A model generated the notes under the pieces. It ran no database searches. It saw only the letters and a program-made list of their open reading frames with translations, and was not told the DNA's origin. A DNA stretch of 25,732 nucleotides, from the IMG/VR virus record IMGVR_UViG_2791355071_000005, positions 1 to 25,732 of that record, one strand, 5' to 3'. The DNA comes from a virus. Shown here in pieces: positions 8,603 through 16,660 of this stretch (position 1 is its first letter; each line of letters starts with the position of its first letter). Both the position numbers and the translations under genes were made by a program.

Positions 8603-10360
8603 ATGGTTACATTTCGCGTTGACGTAGACGGCAAGAAGGTCGGCCGTCAAATCAAGCGTCGTATTGAGGACGGCGTTGACTCGGCGGCTGACGACATCAA
8701 CGACGAAATGCGGCAGGTGGCGAAAGGGAAGATTCGTTCAGAGAACGCGATATTTACTCGGGAGCTGATCTCTGAGTTCACCGACGCCAAGGTGACGTTC
8801 GGAGACAGCACCGTTGCGTCTCTCCGAAACTTGGCTCAACACGCTCCGTATCAGGAGGAAGGGGTAAGCGGAACCCAAGTTCAGCGAGATACCCCCTACA
8901 AGTACAAAGACAAGAAGCCGCCGCTGGATTCGCTGATTCCGTGGGTGATCGAGAACCTACAAGGGTCGTACTGGCCCGACGATCTCGGTGACCCTCCGGC
9001 TGGATTCTTCGATCCTGATGGCCCAGCACCTTCCGGCAGTTCTCGTTCTTCCGGGTCTGGTGGCGTTAACACGTCTTCAGATAGCAACTCCGGCGTTCCG
9101 ATAGACGAAGACCGGCTGTACGTTGAAGAAGACGGCTTCCGGTCTCATGGTCGGAACGAGGAGTTCTACGGGGACGAACTGTACCCGAATCAGCGAATTG
9201 TCGTCTTCAACGAGAACGAGAAGGAGTACCTTCGGGCGACTATCAAGACGTTCGGTAGTTCGGACCAGTCGTTCAAATTTGAATTAGACGACGTTGACGG
9301 CTCCTTATTCAAACTCTCTAATAACGGGGCTGGACCGTGGCGACTCATAGCGACGGAGGTGTGGGAGGAACTTGACGAAGAAACCCAGCGGGAACGGCTG
9401 GCTGGGTACTTTGACGACTTCATTTCCACCAGCTATCAGTCGTGGCTCCAGCCGAGCTACAAACAGAACTACGGCATGACGGAGCCGGATCCGTCTGCTA
9501 TTGAAAGTGCCCGAGACCTGTGGACTGGTCCGATTTTCGATCGGTACAAGGACAAGTCCGTTGTACGAGAGCAGGTGCGGAACTTTGAGGCGATCGTCTC
9601 GCCGTCGAATCAGAGTCTACAGAGCAACCCTACTCGGGGTGGTGCGATTCTCGATCTCGACGGAACGACTCGCTTTGTCGGTCTCTTTCTGTCCGACGAC
9701 CAGTTTGCGAACCTCTCTCATTGGAGCTTAAGCGACCGGCGAATGGTGTTGGGACATGAAGCCAAACACAGTCTTAGTTCGGTTCTGGGATACGCAAGAA
9801 CCGGAGATTCGACGTACAAGGCGCTGTTAACGAGTTCCGAGTGGAACCCGTCTGGTCTTCAAACGAACGCCGATCCAGAGCTTCCGTCCCACGCCGAGGA
9901 ACTGCTGTTCAGAGATAACGATAACAGCGGGAAGGTGCTGGGCGGATTGGGGTGGCTGAAAGACGCATACTCCGCCGCGGAGGGTGGCGAAGACGGAATT
10001 GCGTCCTACCAGCCAGATATCGAAACAGGACGGGACCAGCCGTATAGACGGCTTCACGAAGCGGCGAATCGCGTCTGGTGGCTTCAAGCAGTTGCTGGGC
10101 GCGATCTCTATCGAGAGAAAGGCGACCTCACGGAGATAAACGACGCCAGCATATTCGTTCGGAGTACGTATAGTGCCCAAAATGCCGCTGAAACTCTCGC
10201 TACGCTTGAGGAAGTCATGTGGGGAGAGTGGGACGAATGGGAAGACCGACTAGAGTATCTGGTTGCGTTGTACCCGTGGTTCGTTGAGACGTGGCTGGAC
10301 GGCCATACCCCCCCAGAAAAGGTCAAAGACTTCTTGATAGAACTCGGAGTTGAGGTATAA
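8603..10360 (+). CDS. HK97-gp10-like neck protein N-terminal part fused to a zinc-metallopeptidase-like region
   Basis: aa about 1-125 carry neck motifs HAPYQEEG and KKPPLDSLIPWV. A Gly/Ser linker follows, then HEAKH (aa 385-389, nt 9755-9769) and STYSAQNAAETLA (aa 521-533). Confidence 0.75.
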   Translation: MVTFRVDVDGKKVGRQIKRRIEDGVDSAADDINDEMRQVAKGKIRSENAIFTRELISEFTDAKVTFGDSTVASLRNLAQHAPYQEEGVSGTQVQRDTPYKYKDKKPPLDSLIPWVIENLQGSYWPDDLGDPPAGFFDPDGPAPSGSSRSSGSGGVNTSSDSNSGVPIDEDRLYVEEDGFRSHGRNEEFYGDELYPNQRIVVFNENEKEYLRATIKTFGSSDQSFKFELDDVDGSLFKLSNNGAGPWRLIATEVWEELDEETQRERLAGYFDDFISTSYQSWLQPSYKQNYGMTEPDPSAIESARDLWTGPIFDRYKDKSVVREQVRNFEAIVSPSNQSLQSNPTRGGAILDLDGTTRFVGLFLSDDQFANLSHWSLSDRRMVLGHEAKHSLSSVLGYARTGDSTYKALLTSSEWNPSGLQTNADPELPSHAEELLFRDNDNSGKVLGGLGWLKDAYSAAEGGEDGIASYQPDIETGRDQPYRRLHEAANRVWWLQAVAGRDLYREKGDLTEINDASIFVRSTYSAQNAAETLATLEEVMWGEWDEWEDRLEYLVALYPWFVETWLDGHTPPEKVKDFLIELGVEV

Positions 10361-10662
10361 TGGTGTGGACTCTCCGGCTCTATGACGAGAACGGGGTTGA
10401 GATTGGGTACGTGGAAAAACCCGATCGAGAGACGTACAACTACGCGATTACCCACCCCGAACCGGACTGGGAGAACCTGGAGAGGCGGCTGAAAAACTAT
10501 TGGACGCTCCAAGTCGAGGAAGACTACGGAATGGATAGTCCAGAGTGGACGGCCGATCACGGCCCCATGACGTTACCGAGGCCGCCCGAAGAACATCTCC
10601 GACTGATACAGGAGCGCCTGTCTCACCCGGCGGTTGCGGATACTGAATTGACGGACGAGTAG
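10360..10662 (+). CDS. Hypothetical 100-aa acidic protein (candidate inhibitor/immunity protein)
   Basis: ATG overlaps the TAA of the peptidase fusion gene (TAATG). No recognised family. Confidence 0.65.
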   Translation: MVWTLRLYDENGVEIGYVEKPDRETYNYAITHPEPDWENLERRLKNYWTLQVEEDYGMDSPEWTADHGPMTLPRPPEEHLRLIQERLSHPAVADTELTDE

Positions 10663-10676
10663 CCCCCTTCTTGCCG

Positions 10677-10859
10677 ATGACGGTTGATTTAGACAGCCTT
10701 GACCCAGCGGTGCGTGAGCTTGCCTTCTGGTTACAGGACAAAATCTACAGAGAGGGTATTGAGGGGATCCACTTCATGCGGGACGCCCGGCTGTGGGCGG
10801 AGGACAACGCCGCCGACGTAACGGCTCGGGAAATTACGAAGGAGGTTAACAAGCTGTGA
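10677..10859 (+). CDS. Separate C-terminal part of the gp10-like neck protein (60 aa)
   Basis: LAFWLQDKIYREGIEGIHFMRDA matches the A-F-x-I-x-x-x-I-x-x-x-G...F-x-x-x-A ending typical of gp10-like neck proteins. Its stop overlaps the next GTG. Confidence 0.6.
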   Translation: MTVDLDSLDPAVRELAFWLQDKIYREGIEGIHFMRDARLWAEDNAADVTAREITKEVNKL

Positions 10860-11368
10860 AAGAACAGGAAATCATTTTTAAAGCTGTTTCTGACCTACAG
10901 GCGGCACTCCCTTCTGCGTATCCGGTTCGGACTCGTGGTGGAGACGCTGGGGCCGGCCCTCCGTTGTGTCTTCTTGGCTGGGATTCGACCCGACTCGGCG
11001 AGAATGGCGCGAACCCACTCGCCGGAATTGTCCGGGATGAGGGTGGAACTGCGACCGGACGCGAGCTTCATCGGTATCATCTGATGGAACTGGATGTGAC
11101 GATCCGCACGTATGATGAGAGTGACCGCGACGTGTTGCTTTCTGACGTAGCTGACGCCTTCCTGCCGTATGAGTACGACGCGTCTGTTTTCCACGACGAC
11201 ACAACTGAGTGGGAGATCGGTGACCCCTCGCCGCGATCGAATCCCGTGGTTGAACCCGACTGGTACGAAGGAGGGCTGACGATTCGGTTCAGATACGTAA
11301 GCCGGGTCGAGCAGGACGCCAGCGCCCTCACGTCTACGGAATACACCGTGGACGGAAGCGGAGTATAG
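10856..11368 (+). CDS. Tail terminator/tail completion protein
   Basis: 170 aa with an alpha/beta pattern (MELDVTIRTYDESDRDVLLSDVADAF), directly upstream of the sheath gene. Confidence 0.65.
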   Translation: MKEQEIIFKAVSDLQAALPSAYPVRTRGGDAGAGPPLCLLGWDSTRLGENGANPLAGIVRDEGGTATGRELHRYHLMELDVTIRTYDESDRDVLLSDVADAFLPYEYDASVFHDDTTEWEIGDPSPRSNPVVEPDWYEGGLTIRFRYVSRVEQDASALTSTEYTVDGSGV

Positions 11369-11402
11369 CGAACAACTCTACTAACAACTTTTAGAATTTT
11401 TT

Positions 11403-12698
11403 ATGGTTACTATTGGAAGCACTACCCTTCCGGGAGTCCAGAGCAACGTTGAATCTGCGTCCAGCGCGGGCGTTAACGTCAATGCGGCGGCTCAGGTCGG
11501 ACTCGTCGGACAGGCAGACTTAGCGAACGGAACGGCGGAAGCAAACACGGTCTATTCGGTCACGACTCCGGTGAAGGCCCGAACGTGGTTCGGTGAGGGA
11601 TCGCCACTTGCGGAGAACTGTGTTGACGCTCTCACCGAAGGCGCATACCCGGTCTACGCGGTCGCACCGGAGCGGGTTTCGGTGGACGGAGAGGATCTAT
11701 CCGGCCTTGGTTCCACAAGCGGTGTTCTGGAGAACACCCCCGGCCCGGAAGAAGCGTCGGCGTACTCGTTCTCGGTTGATTCGACCGAGAAGACTGCGGT
11801 TGTCACGATGGACGACCCCAGCACGAAGTCTCCAGGAACGGACGAGGTGTACGTTAACCCCGTGACTGGAGAGTTTGAGCTTGACGCCGCTCCCAGCACG
11901 TCGGGGTCGGCTGATTACGCGTACTTCGATTACCCGAGCGCGACCGAGACCCTGTACTCGGAGGAGGCTGACCGGCTCGATCTCGTTGGTGTCCTGAACG
12001 AGAACGGCGATGTTGTTTCGGACGCCCACGACGAGGCCAAGGAACACGAAAGCCGGTATGAGTTTACGGTCGTGGTTGCTGGGGCGGCTCCCCGGCTCAC
12101 GACGACCGGGTACACCAACCCGTTCGACTCGTCCCGCGTCCAGTTGCTCTACCCGAGCCGGAACGCCGACGACGAGAGCATCATTGGGTCGTACATCGGC
12201 CTTCGGGCGGTTCTGGGCATCAACAACAGCCCGATGTGGAAGCGGCTTCAGACCCAGCGCGACCTTTCGGAGACCCTTTCGAAGTCTGAACAGCTTGAGC
12301 TGATCGGCGAGAAGGTCGTCCCCGTTGCTGATGAGAGTCGTGGGGCGCGTATCGTGGAAGACCTGACCTGTGTTAGCGACGAGAACTCCGAGGAAGACGC
12401 CATGCGACAGGTGCTTCACCGGCTTATCGTTGACTACGTTACCGAGGTAGTCTACCGCACTTCGGAGCGGTTCATCGGCGAACTTCACACGCAGGCGGCC
12501 CGCAACGCCCTGTCGACGATTATCGGTGGGGAGATGGACCGGCTTCTGACTCAGAACTCGATTCTGGACTACAGCGTGACCGTCGAGAAGGTTGACGCCA
12601 TGACCGCTTCGGTGGACGTGGGGATTGACACGGTGGACCCGCTCCGTAACATTCTCGCCACGATTGCGGCCGGAGAAGTTCAGCGAACGTTGGCCTAA
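11403..12698 (+). CDS. Tail sheath protein
   Basis: 431 aa. N-terminal LPGVQS...VGLVG...FGEGSPL and C-terminal RLIVDYV...RFIGELH...VDVGIDTVDPLRNI are typical sheath motifs. Confidence 0.9.
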   Translation: MVTIGSTTLPGVQSNVESASSAGVNVNAAAQVGLVGQADLANGTAEANTVYSVTTPVKARTWFGEGSPLAENCVDALTEGAYPVYAVAPERVSVDGEDLSGLGSTSGVLENTPGPEEASAYSFSVDSTEKTAVVTMDDPSTKSPGTDEVYVNPVTGEFELDAAPSTSGSADYAYFDYPSATETLYSEEADRLDLVGVLNENGDVVSDAHDEAKEHESRYEFTVVVAGAAPRLTTTGYTNPFDSSRVQLLYPSRNADDESIIGSYIGLRAVLGINNSPMWKRLQTQRDLSETLSKSEQLELIGEKVVPVADESRGARIVEDLTCVSDENSEEDAMRQVLHRLIVDYVTEVVYRTSERFIGELHTQAARNALSTIIGGEMDRLLTQNSILDYSVTVEKVDAMTASVDVGIDTVDPLRNILATIAAGEVQRTLA

Positions 12699-12756
12699 GA
12701 GCCGCCTTCCTGCTGTTATCGGACGATTGCGAGACTAATCTTTATCATTTCCATCT

Positions 12757-13173
12757 ATGGCTAACCGAAAAGAAAGCGCGGCTGATATTACTGTTACTGT
12801 TGGAGAGGAGGAGGTCGTTGTCGAGAGCCTGTCCGTCACGAAGAACGTCGACGTGGACACGATCTACGGTTCGGGACAGACTCTCCCTGATGGGTACGCG
12901 ATCAACCAGGTCTCCTATGAGGGGGACATGACCTGTATGGGTCAGAAACTGGACCTTGAGGACAAGTTCTTTGACGAGAACGGTATCCCGAGGGTTCTGG
13001 ACGCGATCACGATCACCCACCACGACGGCAGTTCGTCTTCGCTTCTGGAGATTATCCTGATCAGCGAGGGCTACGAAATGTCTGCCGGCGAGACTGTCGA
13101 GACTTCATTCGAATTTATCGCGATGAAGAAGGCCCGTAACGGGACCGCCGATACGGACCCGACCGACGCCTGA
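12757..13173 (+). CDS. Tail tube protein
   Basis: 138 aa, beta-rich, follows the sheath gene. Confidence 0.8.
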   Translation: MANRKESAADITVTVGEEEVVVESLSVTKNVDVDTIYGSGQTLPDGYAINQVSYEGDMTCMGQKLDLEDKFFDENGIPRVLDAITITHHDGSSSSLLEIILISEGYEMSAGETVETSFEFIAMKKARNGTADTDPTDA

Positions 13174-13215
13174 AGCATAGGCTACTGAATACGAATTTCT
13201 ACACTTTTTGAGACT

Positions 13216-13692
13216 ATGAGCGCATCCAAAGGCAAACTGTACGACATGTGTGTTCGCGGCCGTGACTACCGCGAAGACTACGATCTCGAAATGATGGGCG
13301 AGGAAGTGATTGCTTCGCTGGCCCCGCTGGCAGACGAACACTTCCTGCCGATCTCGGCGTTCCTTAAGGAACACATCGGCATTGACGAGGAGGAGGCCGT
13401 CGAGGCTGTTGAGGAGGCAAAGGAGCAAGCCGAGGAAGATGGCGAAGACTCGATCGACATTTCGAAGATGGACGAGGAGTTCGTTATTACACTCCAGAGA
13501 GCGGCAATTCTGGGTATCAAGGGGTCTTACGATGAAGACGGAGATCTTGTTGAGTACGACGAAGACGACGCCCGGAAGATGGTCAAGATGATGGTCGGCG
13601 GCTACTCCGTCGAGCTTGGCGGAAAGGTTCTCGAAATCTCGGGTGATGTTCGGGACGCCACGAAATTTCGTGGAAGCCGGGGAAGCGTCTAA
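13216..13692 (+). CDS. Tail assembly chaperone (short form)
   Basis: 158 aa, acidic, between the tube and tape measure genes. Confidence 0.75.
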   Translation: MSASKGKLYDMCVRGRDYREDYDLEMMGEEVIASLAPLADEHFLPISAFLKEHIGIDEEEAVEAVEEAKEQAEEDGEDSIDISKMDEEFVITLQRAAILGIKGSYDEDGDLVEYDEDDARKMVKMMVGGYSVELGGKVLEISGDVRDATKFRGSRGSV

Positions 13693-13906
13693 GGTAGTCG
13701 CTCTACTTGACGCTGGGGTTCCGTTGGTGGAATCCCAGAAGGACTTGACGCCGTTTCAGCGAATGGTTCTGTTGAAGGAACTTGAGCGGCAGGAACAGGC
13801 GAGCCAATCCGGTCAAACCCAGCGGCCCGGACAAGTGAACCAGTTACGTCAGCCCCGTGGCGGGGGCGGCGAGACGGTGACTTACGTTAACGACGGCGGC
13901 TCGTAA
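13216..13906 (+). CDS. Tail assembly chaperone, +1 frameshift-extended form (predicted 229 aa)
   Basis: In-frame AAA-TTT-CGT at 13663-13671. The +1 frame is open from 13670 to the stop at 13906, and its first ATG (13763) is well downstream of the overlap. Confidence 0.6.
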
Positions 13907-13925
13907 CGCCGCACTTTTCGCAGAT

Positions 13926-16223
13926 ATGGCAAATTCAGAACCAGTTAGAGTCGCCGTTGAGATTATCGACAAGTTCTCGGATGATCTGAAAGAACTGGAG
14001 GCCTGGTTAGAGAAGATCGACGGGAAGACCCTGAACGTTGACCTCGACATTGATGACGGGCGACTGGAGGAAATAGAAGCCCGCTTGGAGAAGTTAGAGG
14101 AAGACATCAACGCGACCCTGAAATTCAAAACTCGGGGTTATGGGAAGGCGAAGGCCCAGAAAGAGGACTTGGAGGGGGACATGTTTTCAACCCTCCACCT
14201 CGGGGTAGACAAGGATCAACTCCGTGGACTCGGGAATCTGAACGGTGGAGAGGGATTCAATCCGCCCGGAAAGGGGAGCGGCTTGGCCGGCCTTACCGGA
14301 TTGGAAGGTCTTGATCTTGCGGATGATGTTTTCGACCACACCCTTGAGAACCTACGTGGATTTGAGGGGTCGTCTGGAGACTACGCGGATTCAGTTCGTC
14401 GCTTTTCGCCGGAAGAGCAAGAAGCCGTCAATGACTGGTTGATTAATCCGGCCGTTGCGAAAGCCCACAACCGAGGTATCCCGGCGAAAGACCGCGACGG
14501 ATGGATTGGACCGTCGAATTGGGATTTCGGTATTGGGGAAAAGTGGGGGCCGGAACCCCGCTACCTTGGTGACAAGAAGCGGCTCGACCCAGCGACAGAC
14601 TTCCTTCGTGGCGTGAAGGAGATGACTGATTCGCTGGACGAGCTTGAGGGCGTCGGGCCGAATATCGATCCCGACGATTACTCCTTCCCGTTGAAAACGG
14701 GCCTCGGTGACCCGGACAGCAATCGGAACGCCGCCGAGATAGACTTCCTTCGCTCGATCAATCGGGCGACGGGGAACATTGACGTGGGAGAGGCGATCTT
14801 CAACGGGGGCCGCTTTGGCGATCTCGACTTCCAGGCGAGCGGCTTTGATCCGGGCCTGTTCTTCCCGGACGGGTCCCGCGGAAACTACTCGTGGTCAATT
14901 CCTCAGCGGGTCGGCCGACGAACCGGGCGGGCGTATGGTCGCGCTCGGGCCGGTGTTAATGGGTTGTTCACGCGGGCGCGGGGAGCCATGCCTTCCGGAG
15001 CGGAGTTGGACACGTCCAATTTCTTCGCAAATCGCCAGTTCAAGGGGATTGGTGACACGCTGAAGAAGATTCTCCCGACCAACATGGCGAAGTGGTACAA
15101 GCTGGTCGCGCTGATGCTACCGCTTCTCATTGCCCTCGCTGGAGCCGCTATGGGCGTGGTTGCGGCCTTCGGGGCACTCGCTGTGGCGGGAGTCGCAATG
15201 GGCGGAATAGGTCTTCTGGGCTGGGGAGACAGCCTTGAAGAGTCTCTCCGGAACGTCCAGAGAGAGATTGGAAATCTAAAGAAGGAGCTGTTCAGCGTTC
15301 TCCGACCAGCGGCGAACGCCTTCCAGCCGTTCACGGCACAACTATTCGACGGTCTGCCGAGGATGGTGGACCGGCTGGTTGAGCCGCTACAAGGACTCAC
15401 CGACACCGGCTACGATATTTGGTGGCTGGAATCCCTTGAGGGAACGTCTCAATGGCTCTCGGACCTGTTGTGGGCCGCAAGCGACTTGGCCCCGCAGATT
15501 CAGGCGATCGGCACGGCGTTCGGGGCGGCGTTCGGTGATTGGTTGATCGGGTTCCTGATTCGCATGACCAACGAGGTCTACGAGAATTGGGAGATGTGGA
15601 CGAAGCTTACCCGCTCGTTCCTTTCGATCATCAATCTGATCTACGAACTGGCTAAGGTGGTCGCGTTCGTCGTGGCTCTGCTTGAGCCGTTCCTTACGTT
15701 CATCGGACGGTTAGCAGAATACCTCGGGAACGACCTGCTGGTTGCCCTTCTCGCCGCTATCGCCGCGATGTGGGCGCTCGACTTCGCCTTGGCCGCCGTG
15801 GCCGCGAAAGCCGGGTTTGCGACCTTTGCGGCAATGGCATCCAGTCTATACGCGGCGGCGACGGCTGGTGGTGTCCTGAACGGGGTGCTGGCTTGGACGG
15901 CCGGGATCCTGGACACGATCATTGCGAAGGCGACATTAGCGAACATCCTCACGGGAGGTGTTCTGCTGGCGGCCGGAGCCGTGGTTGGATACGGAGCGTA
16001 TAGGTCACTCAAATCTGACTCGACCGCCTCGGACGCCCTTGGCGGCAGGAACGTGCCTGCCTCTCGGGGGAGTGGCATGGGGCCGGCTCCGGCTGGGGCT
16101 GGTGGCGGCACCCAGATCAATATCTACGGAAATGTTGGGCACAGCGAGTACCAGCGGCTCAAGGACGAGTTCCCGACGCTGTACGGAGAACAGGCCGAAA
16201 TTGACGAGAAAACCACGAAATGA
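13926..16223 (+). CDS. Tape measure protein
   Basis: Longest tail gene (765 aa), follows the chaperone, with Ala/Leu-rich helical and hydrophobic segments in the C-terminal half. Confidence 0.85.
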   Translation: MANSEPVRVAVEIIDKFSDDLKELEAWLEKIDGKTLNVDLDIDDGRLEEIEARLEKLEEDINATLKFKTRGYGKAKAQKEDLEGDMFSTLHLGVDKDQLRGLGNLNGGEGFNPPGKGSGLAGLTGLEGLDLADDVFDHTLENLRGFEGSSGDYADSVRRFSPEEQEAVNDWLINPAVAKAHNRGIPAKDRDGWIGPSNWDFGIGEKWGPEPRYLGDKKRLDPATDFLRGVKEMTDSLDELEGVGPNIDPDDYSFPLKTGLGDPDSNRNAAEIDFLRSINRATGNIDVGEAIFNGGRFGDLDFQASGFDPGLFFPDGSRGNYSWSIPQRVGRRTGRAYGRARAGVNGLFTRARGAMPSGAELDTSNFFANRQFKGIGDTLKKILPTNMAKWYKLVALMLPLLIALAGAAMGVVAAFGALAVAGVAMGGIGLLGWGDSLEESLRNVQREIGNLKKELFSVLRPAANAFQPFTAQLFDGLPRMVDRLVEPLQGLTDTGYDIWWLESLEGTSQWLSDLLWAASDLAPQIQAIGTAFGAAFGDWLIGFLIRMTNEVYENWEMWTKLTRSFLSIINLIYELAKVVAFVVALLEPFLTFIGRLAEYLGNDLLVALLAAIAAMWALDFALAAVAAKAGFATFAAMASSLYAAATAGGVLNGVLAWTAGILDTIIAKATLANILTGGVLLAAGAVVGYGAYRSLKSDSTASDALGGRNVPASRGSGMGPAPAGAGGGTQINIYGNVGHSEYQRLKDEFPTLYGEQAEIDEKTTK

Positions 16224-16660
16224 CACAGGATTCATTTGAACTATCTGGACCCGTTGATTTTGCTCCGTTCTACGTTCCGCGCCGGTTTTCGTGGGGGAAG
16301 GAACGAAACCTCGATCGAGAAGATAACTTCTGTGGAAACGAAGACATTACCGACCTCGGAAGCAAGAATCGGGAAATTCACGTCTCGGGGCTGGTTCGTG
16401 ATCCCGAGCTTCCTGCCTTTAACGGCCTACTGGACACCGACGAGCCGATGGATTTGGTTTCCCCTGGCTGGTCCGGTGAGGTTCGCGTCATGGACGGAGA
16501 GTTTGAGGGACCAAATGGGATCGACCCGGTTTCCCGACAGAATCTCTTTCAGTTTACGCTGAATCTTGTTTCGACCGGCCGCGACGAAGGACCGCTCCGT
16601 ACCGACGAGACCGACGACGTTCCCGGTTCGGTCAACGTCGGGCTGGGATTCGTGCGATGA
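16220..16660 (+). CDS. Baseplate/tail tube initiator protein
   Basis: 146 aa, tube-like beta pattern, ATGA-coupled to the TMP in the canonical myovirus order. Confidence 0.55.
   Translation: MTQDSFELSGPVDFAPFYVPRRFSWGKERNLDREDNFCGNEDITDLGSKNREIHVSGLVRDPELPAFNGLLDTDEPMDLVSPGWSGEVRVMDGEFEGPNGIDPVSRQNLFQFTLNLVSTGRDEGPLRTDETDDVPGSVNVGLGFVR

Noticed and set aside
8980-10360. Intein as the explanation for the neck-gene insert
   Set aside because: The ORF ends in a stop followed by another gene. There is no C-terminal His-Asn/Cys-Ser-Thr junction and no LAGLIDADG-like blocks.
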